DNA from: an uncultured Kiritimatiellota bacterium
GTDB lineage: Bacteria; Verrucomicrobiota; Kiritimatiellia; RFP12; UBA1067
DNA: 64,000 bases
Reading direction: 5' to 3'
NCBI GenBank assembly: GCA_934667425.1
Contig: CAKULV010000009.1
Coordinates: forward strand, 5,350-69,349
Positions 44,297 through 54,700 of the stretch are shown here, piece by piece (the first letter of the stretch is position 1; each line of letters starts with the position of its first letter). The notes below the pieces were generated by a model. That model did not search any database and was not told the origin of the DNA. It saw nothing but the letters and a program-made list of their open reading frames with translations. Both the position numbers and the translations under genes were made by a program.

Positions 44297-45079
44297 TCAG
44301 CTCACTCCTCGCGTCGAATTGCGGTAGAACTGGACGAATTCCTTCACCTCGTCGAACTGCTCCACGTCGTTCTCCACCCTCTCAAGGGCCTGCGACCGGT
44401 TCAGCCCGGAATGGTATATGAACCGGAAGGCCTCCTTGAGCGCGGATATCACGTCCCGCGAAAAGCCCCGCCGCGTAAGGCCGACCACGTTCGGGCCGAT
44501 GACCTTCAGGGACCCCTCTACCATGTCGCCGAGCATGAACGGCGGGAAGTCCTGGCGGATCTTGGACATCCCACCCACCATCGCGTGGCGGCCGACGCTG
44601 CAGAACTGGTGCGCCGCCGCGCATCCGCCCACGATGGACCAGTCCTGGAGATGCACGTCGCCGGCGAGCTGCACGGAGTTCGAGCAGATCACGTGGTTTC
44701 CGAGGATGACGCCGTGCGCGGCGTGGCAGTACGCCATGAAAAGGCAGTCCGAGCCTATCACGGTCTTCTCGCCATCCTTCGTGCCGAGGTGCACCGTGGC
44801 GAACTCGCGGATGACCGTGCGGTCCCCGATCTCCACGTACGACACGGACCCCTCCTGGTACTTGAGATCCTGCGTCTTCATCCCTATCAGGGCATACGGG
44901 AATATCTGGCAGGCCTCCCCGATCGTCGTATGCCCGTCGATGATCGCGCCCTGCCCGATGGTCGTTCCCGCGCCTATCTTCGCGTTTGCGCCTATGGTCG
45001 CATACGGCCCGACCTTCACGCCGTCTCCCAGCCGGGCATCCCCGCTCACCATCGCCGTAGGGTGTATCTCAATTGCCAT
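44297..45079 (-). CDS. lpxA: Acyl-ACP--UDP-GlcNAc O-acyltransferase
   Basis: Left-handed beta-helix hexapeptide repeats, with a C-terminal helical domain RRGFSRDVISALKEAFRFIY. 260 aa. Confidence 0.92.
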   Translation of the reverse strand: MAIEIHPTAMVSGDARLGDGVKVGPYATIGANAKIGAGTTIGQGAIIDGHTTIGEACQIFPYALIGMKTQDLKYQEGSVSYVEIGDRTVIREFATVHLGTKDGEKTVIGSDCLFMAYCHAAHGVILGNHVICSNSVQLAGDVHLQDWSIVGGCAAAHQFCSVGRHAMVGGMSKIRQDFPPFMLGDMVEGSLKVIGPNVVGLTRRGFSRDVISALKEAFRFIYHSGLNRSQALERVENDVEQFDEVKEFVQFYRNSTRGVS

Positions 45080-45091
45080 GTCAGGTTTCTC

Positions 45092-46207
45092 CTAAAGGTT
45101 TTTCGGTATGAGGTACGAGGCGAGCGCCAGGCACGCCAGAACCGGAATCCATATGAGGAACTCCGGCTGCGCCCGGAAGTTCTTCGAAAGGTTCGACATC
45201 AGTATCACGACAAGGTAATACGAAAGCGCCACCGCGATGGAGATGGCCATCCCGATGGAACTCTCCTTGCGCTGCGCACGGATGCCGAGCGGAATGCCCA
45301 CGAGGACGAAGCACACGGAGGCGAACGCGAACACCCACCGCTTCTGGAATTCGGTCTGGATGTCGCTCAGATACCGCTTGGCGAGATACTTCTCAGACCC
45401 CTTCCTGCTCGTGCCCTTGGCCTTCTCCACGACCGCCTTGGCGTTCCTTATCGCCCCCAGCATCTCGAAAAAGCGGAAATCCTTTTCCTTGCGCCTGTAC
45501 TTGGAGTCCTTAAGCGCATCGACGACCCTGTGCTGGTAGCGGGAAAGGCTCGCGCTGCCGGGATGCTCCTCGTCAAGCGGATCCACGGTGATGTCGTGAA
45601 GGTCAAGGCATATGTCACGGCCCTCGCTCGTGACGAGGGCCTTCTTGGCCTTTATCTCCCGCACGAACTTCTTGCTGGAATAGTCTATTACGATGAGGTT
45701 GTGCAGCCAGTTCCCCTCCTTGGACTCGAAGTATATCTTGGCCTTCGGAAAATCGTCTATCACCCGCCCCGGCTCAAGGAGCTCGAGCCCGGACCCCACG
45801 GAGATGCGCTTCGCGAGGTTGCGGCGAACCTCATGCCCGCGCGGGACGATCTCATTGTTGATGAAAAGCCCGAATGCCGTCATGGCCACCGCAAACAGTA
45901 TGGGCCAGCGCATCACGGAAAGGAGGTTCACGCCGCATGCGCGCATCGCGGCGATCTCGGAATCTGCGGACATCCTTGAGAAGACAAGCACGGACGACAC
46001 GAGCAGCGCAAGCGGGATCGTCCACTGCATCGTCTCGGGGAAGCACACGAGGGCGAACCTCCCTACAAGCTCAAGCGGAATGCCGGAGAGTATGTACCCG
46101 ACGATCTGCACCATCAGGCCGATCGTCAGAACAAACGACAGCACGAGAAACGCCAGCAGGAAGGACGTGAAAAACGACCCGAAGATATATCGATGGAGTG
46201 TCTTCAT
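45092..46207 (-). CDS. LptF/LptG-family LPS export permease
   Basis: MKTLHRYIFGSFFTSFLLAFLVLSFVL, a YjgP/YjgQ-type topology with a periplasmic beta-jellyroll insert. The ATG is at 46207; the TTG at 46210 is the track start. Confidence 0.85.
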   Translation of the reverse strand: MKTLHRYIFGSFFTSFLLAFLVLSFVLTIGLMVQIVGYILSGIPLELVGRFALVCFPETMQWTIPLALLVSSVLVFSRMSADSEIAAMRACGVNLLSVMRWPILFAVAMTAFGLFINNEIVPRGHEVRRNLAKRISVGSGLELLEPGRVIDDFPKAKIYFESKEGNWLHNLIVIDYSSKKFVREIKAKKALVTSEGRDICLDLHDITVDPLDEEHPGSASLSRYQHRVVDALKDSKYRRKEKDFRFFEMLGAIRNAKAVVEKAKGTSRKGSEKYLAKRYLSDIQTEFQKRWVFAFASVCFVLVGIPLGIRAQRKESSIGMAISIAVALSYYLVVILMSNLSKNFRAQPEFLIWIPVLACLALASYLIPKNL

Positions 46208-46219
46208 CAAATGCGGGGG

Positions 46220-46228
46220 ATTGTACCA
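46220..46228 (-). promoter_or_regulatory. Extended -10-like box TGGTACAAT, 12 nt upstream of the ATG
   Basis: Minus strand reads TGGTACAAT-cccccgcatttg-ATG. Confidence 0.45.
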
Positions 46229-46259
46229 AATAAGGCCTCGCGAGGCAACCTTGGACGCT

Positions 46260-47252
46260 TCACCGGCTGATGCCGAGACGGCTGAAGGCGAGGCTTGTCG
46301 CCTGCCTCCCCTTCGGAGTCCGCTCCAGATACCCTTCCATTATCAGGAACGGCTCATAGGCCTCCTCAACGGTGTCAGGCTCCTCCCCCACCGATACCGC
46401 GATGGTGGAGAGACCTACTGGCCCGCCGTTGAACTTCACGCATATCGTCTCGAGTATCCTGACATCCATCTCGTCGAGCCCGTGCGGATCGATCTCGAGC
46501 AGCTCAAGCGACTCTCTGGCCACGTCTCCGGTTATGCGGTTTCCCGCTCTGACCTGCGCGTAGTCGCGCACCCGCCTCAGGAGGTTGTTCGCGATTCGCG
46601 GAGTGCCACGCGAGCGATGCGCGATCTCGATCGCGCCGGCGTCGTCGATGTCCACTCCGAGCCTGCCGGCGGAGCGTTTCACAATCTCCTCGAGGTCGCC
46701 CGGCACGTAGTAGTCGAGGCGGTTCACAAGGCCGAACCGCGCACGCAGCGGAGCCGCGATAAGCCCTATCCGCGTCGTCGCGCCCACAAGGGTGAAGCGC
46801 GGAAGCTCAAGCCGCACGCTGCGGGCATTCGGCCCCTGGTCGATCATGATGTCAATGGCGAAATCCTCCATCGCCGAGTAGAGGTACTCCTCTACCGTCT
46901 TCGCCATGCGGTGTATCTCGTCTATGAATACGATATCCCCCGCCTCCAGGGACGTAAGCAGCCCGGCAAGGTCGGCCGGCTTCGTGAGCACCGGGCCCGA
47001 GGTCGTCTTCACCCGCACGCCCATCGCCTCTCCGAGGATGTACGAGAGAGTCGTCTTGCCGAGGCCGGGAGGACCCGAAAACAGCACATGGTCAAGAGTC
47101 TCGCCTCGCTCCTTTGCGGCCTGAACCGCCAACATGAGCCTGTCGCGAATCTTCTGCTGGCCGACGAATTCGGCGAACTCGGATGGCCTCAGGCGGTTGT
47201 CGAATGCCGCATTCCGCCGATTAAGTGTCTCGCTTGTACGGGTAGTGTCCAT
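46260..47252 (-). CDS. ruvB: Holliday junction branch-migration helicase RuvB
   Basis: [12 protein letters not shown], Walker [10 protein letters not shown], and DEIHR. I prefer the ATG at 47250-47252 (MDTTRTSE) over the GTG-initiated N-terminal extension in the track. Confidence 0.92.
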   Translation of the reverse strand: MDTTRTSETLNRRNAAFDNRLRPSEFAEFVGQQKIRDRLMLAVQAAKERGETLDHVLFSGPPGLGKTTLSYILGEAMGVRVKTTSGPVLTKPADLAGLLTSLEAGDIVFIDEIHRMAKTVEEYLYSAMEDFAIDIMIDQGPNARSVRLELPRFTLVGATTRIGLIAAPLRARFGLVNRLDYYVPGDLEEIVKRSAGRLGVDIDDAGAIEIAHRSRGTPRIANNLLRRVRDYAQVRAGNRITGDVARESLELLEIDPHGLDEMDVRILETICVKFNGGPVGLSTIAVSVGEEPDTVEEAYEPFLIMEGYLERTPKGRQATSLAFSRLGISR

Positions 47253-47264
47253 GGATGGCTGGGA

Positions 47265-47273
47265 ATTATACCA
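47265..47273 (-). promoter_or_regulatory. Extended -10 promoter TGGTATAAT, 12 nt upstream of the ruvB ATG
   Basis: Minus strand reads TGGTATAAT-tcccagccatcc-ATG. There is no SD in between. Confidence 0.55.
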
Positions 47274-47411
47274 CAAAAGCCCAACTGCCGAACCCATGCG
47301 GCGAGCCGTCCGCCCAGAAAGACAATCAGCTCCATATGTCTCCATACCACCCACCCAACCTATCTGCACAATTTAAAACGGGGGGGGGTAATTTGCAATT
47401 ATAACTTCTTG

Positions 47412-47440
47412 TTGAATTTTTCATATTGTTTTGGTAAAAT
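47412..47440 (+). promoter_or_regulatory. Sigma70 promoter TTGAAT-N17-(TGG)TAAAAT for the plus-strand three-gene island
   Basis: ttgaat (47412-47417), a 17-nt spacer, then tgg-taaaat (-10 at 47435-47440). AGGAG lies at 47458-47462 and the ATG at 47471. Confidence 0.65.
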
Positions 47441-47470
47441 CCCACCGATTAATCCTATAGGAGTGAAAGA

Positions 47471-48115
47471 ATGACAAGAATGCGACTCATCCATCTTGTT
47501 GGCGCGGCATTCGTCTCTTCGGCCGTCTTTGCAGTGGAGCTGACAAGCGAAGCGACATTCATCTTCGTGCGGCCTGAGACGAGTTCCTTCTGGCGCACGG
47601 CGCCGAGTCGTTCTCTAACAGTGCCAATCGAATGGCCAAACGGCGCCTCTACGGCGACGCTTGTCGTGAAGGGACTCGGCTATGAGGAAACGTACACCGG
47701 TCTTACGGACGACTCATTCTCCTTTTCACTGCCGGACGCGGCAGGGCTTGAATCAGAAAACGTCTATGACCTGACGCTGTCGTTCGACAACGGCACAATG
47801 CGTTCGGCGAAGATCGGCCTGATCTATGGGCTTTCGCCAGACTCCGAGGGCGCTACGCGGTGCATCGCCCCCAAAACGGCGAGGTCATGGGGCATGGTGA
47901 CAGGTGGTCGCGCCGTGTTGCCTGTCCCCTACGGCACGACGTCGTTCACGGTCAACGGCATCGAGACGGCGACGGGCCTCGACGGTGCGCAGGGGTGGCT
48001 CGCGCTCGGCGGCATAGGAGCGAACAACAGCCAATCCCTGACGCTCACGGCAAACGGAGACGAATCAACGGCCTCGCTCTACGGTCGCGTCGGCCTGTTC
48101 CTGCTCATTCGCTGA
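47471..48115 (+). CDS. Secreted hypothetical protein (214 aa)
   Basis: Signal peptide MTRMRLIHLVGAAFVSSAVFA and a strong SD. Ends in GRVGLFLLIR. Confidence 0.78.
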   Translation: MTRMRLIHLVGAAFVSSAVFAVELTSEATFIFVRPETSSFWRTAPSRSLTVPIEWPNGASTATLVVKGLGYEETYTGLTDDSFSFSLPDAAGLESENVYDLTLSFDNGTMRSAKIGLIYGLSPDSEGATRCIAPKTARSWGMVTGGRAVLPVPYGTTSFTVNGIETATGLDGAQGWLALGGIGANNSQSLTLTANGDESTASLYGRVGLFLLIR

Positions 48116-48135
48116 TTTCACGAAAGGAAAACAAG

Positions 48136-49518
48136 ATGAAGAAACTCACCTTCACGCTTGGCCTGTCCGCTGTCGCGCTGTCGGCCTCGGCCACGCAAAT
48201 CGAACAGGTCATCGTCCGCCAGCAGTGGCCGTGGTCAACGGACGTTAAAGTCGAATACAGGCTTTCCGGTGTCGTTGATCCCGTCGATGTCGCCGTCCGG
48301 GCATACAACGGGGCGACCGAACTTGACGCAGTGAAACTCCGGGACGCGATCACTGGCGAGCTGACCGGCATCACGGAAGGCGGTGTCCGGTCGTTCGTGA
48401 TCGATCCCGTCCGAGCCTTCGGAACGGAGAAGATCGCTCTTTCCGACTTCCGGGTGAAACTCGTCGTCAACGATGCGGCGCTCTACCGGGTATTCAATCT
48501 CCAGCCGCCTTATGACATCACAGACATATCACGCACCGACCTGCGTAGCGGAGTCTACGGCACGTATGAGACGAACTACGCCAACATCGTTCCAGCCTCG
48601 TCCATCGGCGAAGTCCTGATATGGACGGGTGTGACGAACAATCCGATCTACAAGACGACGCACCTCGTCATGCGCCGCGTCTCGGCCGCCGGGATGAACT
48701 TCACCATGGGCGCATCAACCGACGAACGTGGGCAGAAATACGACTCGCTGAACTACAAGGACTATGAGACGCCGCACATGGTCTCGTTCACGAACGACTT
48801 CTTCGTTTCGGTCTTTCCGGTGACGGCATGCCAGCACAAGCTGATTCTCGGACAGACACCGGACACAGGCGACATCTCCCTTCGTAAGCCTCAAACGCCG
48901 GTTCTGTTCACGGATTTGCGCGGCTACTTCATCGTCAATGGCAAGTCGGGTTGGTGGCCTGACGCAGGCGTTTGGTCGGCGGATGGGTTCGTCCCTGACG
49001 CGGCGGGGAATCCGCACGACGTCGATGCCGCCTCGGTGCTGGCCAAGCTCCGTCAGATGACGGGCGAAAATACGTTCGACCTTCCAACGGAGGCACGGTG
49101 GGAATTCGCGTGCCGGGCGGGGACGACGACGGCAACCTACGCGGGCGACCTGACATGCGAGACGTCGGCGGGACCAGATCCCGCGCTCGAGCAGATCGCA
49201 TGGTATTCCGCGAACTCGGAGGGCGTGATGCACGAAGTCGGGCTGAAGGCCGCAAACCCCTGGGGTCTCTACGACATGCTGGGCAACGTCCAGGAACTCT
49301 GCCTTGACATCAGCGTGAACAACATGGACTCGTCTCCAGCCGTCGATCCTGTCGGTTCCACGAGTTTGAACCGGTTTCATCTTCGCAAGGTGCGTGGAGG
49401 CGGATATTCGACTGTTGCATATCGGGTGCGTTCGGCGTTTCGCGGCCAAGCCGTCAATCCTCACGCCGAGGTGGCGGACGAGAACGGCGGCTACCGCCTG
49501 ATCTTCGAAGCGCGATAG
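48136..49518 (+). CDS. Secreted protein with a C-terminal FGE-sulfatase (SUMF1/EgtB/PvdO) fold domain
   Basis: ATG at 48136, preceded by AAAGGAAAA. Signal peptide MKKLTFTLGLSAVALSASA. Motifs LPTEARWEFACRAG, NPWGLYDMLGNVQE and VRGGGYS. The track's longer ORF (from 47860) overlaps the previous gene. Confidence 0.85.
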   Translation: MKKLTFTLGLSAVALSASATQIEQVIVRQQWPWSTDVKVEYRLSGVVDPVDVAVRAYNGATELDAVKLRDAITGELTGITEGGVRSFVIDPVRAFGTEKIALSDFRVKLVVNDAALYRVFNLQPPYDITDISRTDLRSGVYGTYETNYANIVPASSIGEVLIWTGVTNNPIYKTTHLVMRRVSAAGMNFTMGASTDERGQKYDSLNYKDYETPHMVSFTNDFFVSVFPVTACQHKLILGQTPDTGDISLRKPQTPVLFTDLRGYFIVNGKSGWWPDAGVWSADGFVPDAAGNPHDVDAASVLAKLRQMTGENTFDLPTEARWEFACRAGTTTATYAGDLTCETSAGPDPALEQIAWYSANSEGVMHEVGLKAANPWGLYDMLGNVQELCLDISVNNMDSSPAVDPVGSTSLNRFHLRKVRGGGYSTVAYRVRSAFRGQAVNPHAEVADENGGYRLIFEAR

Positions 49519-49532
49519 GACTGGGGGTGACC

Positions 49533-51689
49533 ATGAAGAAGATGATTGTTTTCATCCTGACGGCGGCGTTTGTGTCCGCCGCATTGTCGGAGGTCGTCCT
49601 GGAGAATGACGTGCTGAAGTTCACGTTCGCTGGGGAGAAGGACGGCTATGCGCTGACTGGCATTGTCAACAAGCTCGGCACGACTGCGCGATTCATCGAG
49701 GCGGGGCGGTCGAACGACCTGTGGCGGTTGGAGTTCATATGCCGCGATGCGGACGGATCGTTTCGTCACGTTTTCCTCGACAACCGGGCGTCTGCGGCTT
49801 CGCGGAGCGTCCAGACGCACGGCGACAAGACGTATTTCCTCTTCAAGGGAGTAGATGTCGGCGAAGAAAAAGGCGTACTCGATGTCGTGGCGTGCGTAGA
49901 CCTGAAGCCCAAGGACGGTGAGAGTGAATGGACGCTGCGTGTTCAGAACCGAAGCCGGAAGTACGCGCTCTACCAGACGTTCTACCCTTGCCTCAATAAG
50001 GTCATGCCGCTCGGGAAGGGCAATGCGTTCATTCCTCATTCTTTGCTCGGCGGGACGTGGCGGCGGAAGTTCGGCGCCGACTCGACCTACACGAAGATCT
50101 ACGAGGATATCGTCGCATCGATCCCGGGCTGGCGACCGCCGGTCGCCTCCTTTCACTTGGGCGACTGCGGACTCTACGTCGCGGCGCATGACCCGACACA
50201 ACGATGCAAGAACCTGCGCATAACTACGGACATCAGCTGTGCGTTCGAGACAGTCGTCGAGGACGCGGGTATCGTCGGCAAAGCGGAGGAAGGCCCGCGC
50301 TATCCCGTGACGATCGCGGCGATATCGGGCGACTGGTGGGCAACGGCGAGACGCTACCGCAGCTGGGCGCAGCAACAAACGTGGGCCGCGAAGGGACCAA
50401 TCTTGAAGCGGGCAGACTATCCGAATACGCTGGCGGATACCGATCTCCTCTTCCGGTTCAATGAGAGCAATCCCGCCGGCATGAGCAACACGGTCGAGCG
50501 TCTGGCCAAACAGTTCAAGGGGCTGAATCTCATTGTCCACTGGTACTGCTGGAGTCAGCAGCCCTACTGCGTGAACTTCCCCGAGTTTTTCCCGGCGCGA
50601 GCCGGCGTCCGCGAAGTAGTCCGCTACGCCCAGTCGCTGGGGATCAAGATGATTCCCTACGTCGATCCGCGCCTGTGGGACGTTGATTTGGCATCGTGGG
50701 TCTATGCCAAGAAGGACGCCTGCCGGAGTATGTCGGGCGAACTCACGACGGAGGTCTACTATCCGAAGCACAGGTTGGCTGTGATGTGTCCGGCGGCGGA
50801 TGCATGGGGCGAAGTGGCGATGAAGATGACTACGGATGCCGTGATGACGGAGGCGGAGAACATAAACGGCTGCGGCTTCGACGGCGTTTACCACGACCAG
50901 GTCGCCTGTTCGCGACAGATTCCCTGCTGGGCCGAGGGCCATTCGCACGCGAAAGGCGGCGGCGACTGGTGGTTTAAGGGTACGCGAAAGGCTTTCGCAC
51001 GGATTCACGACTGGTGTGCATCGCGCGGTGCAATCCTACTGTCTGAAGGCACGGGGGACATGTGCCTCGATCAATTCGATGGATTTCTAAAGGCAAGCGG
51101 CGTCCGTCAGGACGAGGTTCCGTTCTATCCGGCGGTCTACGGCGGCTTCGCCGTCTACTACGGGAACTACCAGTCTCTTCATGACAGCATCGAGTGCTTC
51201 CGCGCATACCAGATGCGCGACTTCACGTCGGGTGTCCTACTGGGTTGGCTGGACAGGTGGAATGTCACATCCGACGAGTTCTCCCGCCAGCGAGACTGTC
51301 TGGCGCGGTGTGCGCGGACACGGCGCGCAGCTGCGGAGTTCATGGTCTACGGGACGCTGGAGGACGAGCTTCGCTTCGTCGGCGAACCGCAGCCATCCGA
51401 CAGTTTCACGATGCACACGATCTGGCATGTCTACGACTACCACTACGTGCTGCCGACGGTGACGGGGACGGTGTGGAAGAACACGGCAGACGATGCGACT
51501 GGCGTCATCGTGGCGAACGCCGCATCGAAGGTGCAGACAATCCGCTTTAGGCTTCCGGCGATTGGGCTTGCGGTGGCGCAGCATTCGTCAGACGTTGGTG
51601 CGACACCGGTATACGGCGAGCAGGGCAGCATCGGTACGCTGACGTTGCCGCCCTGCTCTACAGTGTTTCTGCGAACGAGGGGCAAGTAG
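49533..51689 (+). CDS. Secreted hypothetical protein, TIM-barrel glycosidase-like (family not recognised)
   Basis: MKKMIVFILTAAFVSAALS signal peptide, with GGGGGTG upstream. 718 aa of normal composition, whereas the antisense 505-aa ORF is Arg-rich. Confidence 0.8.
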   Translation: MKKMIVFILTAAFVSAALSEVVLENDVLKFTFAGEKDGYALTGIVNKLGTTARFIEAGRSNDLWRLEFICRDADGSFRHVFLDNRASAASRSVQTHGDKTYFLFKGVDVGEEKGVLDVVACVDLKPKDGESEWTLRVQNRSRKYALYQTFYPCLNKVMPLGKGNAFIPHSLLGGTWRRKFGADSTYTKIYEDIVASIPGWRPPVASFHLGDCGLYVAAHDPTQRCKNLRITTDISCAFETVVEDAGIVGKAEEGPRYPVTIAAISGDWWATARRYRSWAQQQTWAAKGPILKRADYPNTLADTDLLFRFNESNPAGMSNTVERLAKQFKGLNLIVHWYCWSQQPYCVNFPEFFPARAGVREVVRYAQSLGIKMIPYVDPRLWDVDLASWVYAKKDACRSMSGELTTEVYYPKHRLAVMCPAADAWGEVAMKMTTDAVMTEAENINGCGFDGVYHDQVACSRQIPCWAEGHSHAKGGGDWWFKGTRKAFARIHDWCASRGAILLSEGTGDMCLDQFDGFLKASGVRQDEVPFYPAVYGGFAVYYGNYQSLHDSIECFRAYQMRDFTSGVLLGWLDRWNVTSDEFSRQRDCLARCARTRRAAAEFMVYGTLEDELRFVGEPQPSDSFTMHTIWHVYDYHYVLPTVTGTVWKNTADDATGVIVANAASKVQTIRFRLPAIGLAVAQHSSDVGATPVYGEQGSIGTLTLPPCSTVFLRTRGK

Positions 51690-51723
51690 CCCTCTTCTAT
51701 CCACTTCCCGTCAGCCCGGCAAG

Positions 51724-54700
51724 CTACTCTTCCGCAATGCGCCACGGATCGCAATTCAGTCCGCAGAGCACCTTCGTGAGCTCAAAGCGCAAGTCGCGGG
51801 ACGGATCGGGCACAATGAGCACGGCGGCTATCTCCGCCGTCTCGGTGTTGCTCCAGGAGCGGAACTGTATGCCGTCCGCCGCCGGGTATTCGGCGACGCG
51901 AATCACCGGATACGGATACGATGTGCCGGGATGCCAAGGATAGTCCCACTTGAAGTTGGCCGGCCCGCCAGGACGGCCAAAGCGCGTACGCTTGTAGTTG
52001 CATCCGAGGTTGTGCGACGATCCGGCGTCCGTGGACTTCAGACCCGGCCAGATCATCCTGATGCACTGCGTGTCGTGCAGACCCATTTCGGGGACGGGCC
52101 CGTCCGCGTTCATGAAGCGGTTGAGGTTGAGCACCGCGTATTTTCCGGCAGGCAGCGGATCGAACTTGAACGCGATCTCTGCGCCGTGGTTCGCCCGGGC
52201 AAGGCGTCCGCGCACCTGCGGGCTCATCGCGTCCGGCTCCATGCGCCTCGCGCCGCCCGTCATCTCCGCGTCCCTGGCTGCGGCAAATCGCACACCCGTC
52301 CCCACAAGCACCGCAAGCGTCTTCTCCGCCCCGCCATCCACAATGGTCGCGGAGCAGAAGCGCGCATCGCCCTTCGAGACATCAGCCGAAAGGGTAAGCT
52401 TGCCGCCGGAGAGCGTCGCCCTGAGACCTCCCGTCGTCCTCACCGTGGCGGAAGGCGACGCCCCGATAACGTCGAGTGTCGGACGCTTCGCAGGGTCAAA
52501 GGCATAGAAAAGCGTTTCCGCGCCAAGCACCGCGCCGGACGACACCGCCGCCGGAATCGAGATGCGCCCTGCGGGCGCCCTGCCCTGCACCGTAACGCGG
52601 GCGCCTACGCCAGAAGTCGCCTTGAGCGTCAGCCTGTTGCCCCCAGCCATCAGTCTGCCGGGGAATATGCGCGGGTTCAGCTGCACTTCGGTGGACGCGG
52701 AAAATTCCGCGACATCGTCGATTGGAGCCATTACCCGTACGAGATAGGCGTAGCGTGCGCGTACCGCATATCCTGCGGGGGTCGCAAGCGGACGGAACGT
52801 CTTGCCGTTATCCGTGGATATCTCGATCTCGGCCTTGGTTCCATCGCGCCTGACTGCCGAATATCCCGCCTCCACGATCGGGTATCCGCCGCCGTTCACG
52901 CGGTAGCAGAACGAATCCGCACCGGCATCGGTGAATGCCGGATTGCCGGCGCCAGGCGCACCGTTGTAGCGTATGAATCCGCTGAGGTACTGCGGGAACG
53001 CCCGCTCCGTGCGCTGCAGAAACACCTTCTCCGTGTCGGCATGGCAAAGTGCGGTGGCGTCAGGACGGTACTGCGACTCGTAGCCGCGATACGGCCCCGT
53101 CTTCGACCTTACGACAAGGTCGTTGCAGTTGCCGTCATTCACCTGCCACACCCGGAAGCTCTCGCCCGGGTTCAGGGTGACGCCGATCTTGGCTACGCAG
53201 TCCGGAGTCTGCACCCAGTGTCCACGGGTCGATTTGCGCGTGAAGCACTCCGGCTCGATCCCAAGGCGCGGGAATATTCCGCACTCGTTGTCCGCCTCAT
53301 CAAGCCCGGCCGCCGTCTCGTTGTCCATGGCGGGGAAGAACTTGCGGAACGACACGTCGTATATGTGGTTCTTGCCGCCGTAGAAGACCTGCTGGAAGCT
53401 GTGCCCGTATCCCCCGGTCTGGACTGCCGGACACTTCGCCACAGCGACGAACAGGTTCGCCGCCAGGTTGTTTAGCGGGCCGCACTCGAAGCCGCAATAG
53501 CCGTTGAACATGTACATCGCGTTGTATTCGACATCGCGAGGCTTGTCGCTCCCCGGCTGGAACATTGCCGTATGGTTCATGAAGTAGTCCATCGACGACA
53601 GCACAAAGCCGAACAGCCTGTCGGCCCTCTCGCGCTCCGGCAGCGCGTCAAGGCGCAGGGTGTCCGCAAGATCCCCGTAGCTGCGGGGATCCACATCCCC
53701 GGCGTTGAGGACGATCGGATACTCCAGCGGCGTCCCCGATTCGTTCGATATCTCCACGAAATCCGTCGTGACCTTTTCGGGGCAGTCAAACTCGAACGCC
53801 TCGCCGGGCTTTAGAAGCACAACCTTCCTGAATGGACGCCTTGCCGCCTCGAAGTCTGCGGCGGTCGGGAGGTTCGGGTAGTTGTCGCCGTTCAGCGCCA
53901 CCGCAGGGTCGTTCTCCGGCAGGATTCCCTTCGGCCAGTAAGGCACGGTTTTCCCGCCAATGCGGAGGTCACGCGCCTCGCGCCCGGCGCCGAGCGACCT
54001 GGTCGTGCCGGGTATCCACCCGATGCCTCCGCCCGATACTCCGTCGAAGCTGTCGTCAAAGGAGAACAGGGCCCGCGTATCCACATCCACGCCGAACGAC
54101 TTTGCGGGTTTGAAGTCGCCGCCGTAGCGCTTGCCCGTGGAAACGCGCAGAAGGTCTGCCGCTCCTTCGAAGAAGGGCCTCGTCGGATCGATGCGCTCAA
54201 GCTTCCTTGCGCTCAGCCAGTTGGACCCGAGGTAGAACTCCAGCCCCCCCTCGTCGTTAGGATACTTGATCTCCCGGTCTGCAAGATCCAACGCCTTCAG
54301 CTTCGGCACCGGAAGCTTCAGTGCGCTCCGCCCGTCCACGAAGACCTCGGCCACATCGCCAGGCGCCCACTGCATCGCAAGATGGCACCACCTGCCCTCC
54401 GGTAGCTTCACGGCCGCAGAGCCTTTGTACACCGTATTGAACCGATCCCTGAGCACTACATCCACCTTGCCCGGCTGCGGACGGTACGACAGCTCGAGCA
54501 TGGCGCCCTTCCCGCCGATGCACATGTGGGCACGATAGCTCTGGTAGCACTGGAAGAGTATGATCGGGCGGCACTTCGTCTCTCCTTTGTCCGTGTATGT
54601 CGTGGGCTTCCAGTCGCTCTTTAGCCACGATTCCACCGTTCCGGCCCCGGCCGGGAAGAATATCCGGCGCTCATCGCGCAGCTGCACCGACTCTGCCCAG

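Noticed and set aside
47253-47369. N-terminal extension of ruvB (the track ORF starts at a GTG at 47369)
   Set aside because: The extension contains the TGGTATAAT box and has no similarity to RuvB N-termini. The ATG at 47252 gives a canonical RuvB start.
47860-48135. Upstream extension of the FGE-domain ORF (track start 47860)
   Set aside because: It overlaps the preceding 214-aa gene in another frame. The ATG at 48136 has an SD and is followed by a signal peptide.
51687-51726. Bidirectional terminator between the convergent 49533..51689 and 51724..58101 genes
   Set aside because: Only a 4-bp GGGC/GCCC stem is present and there is no U-tract, which is too weak to call.
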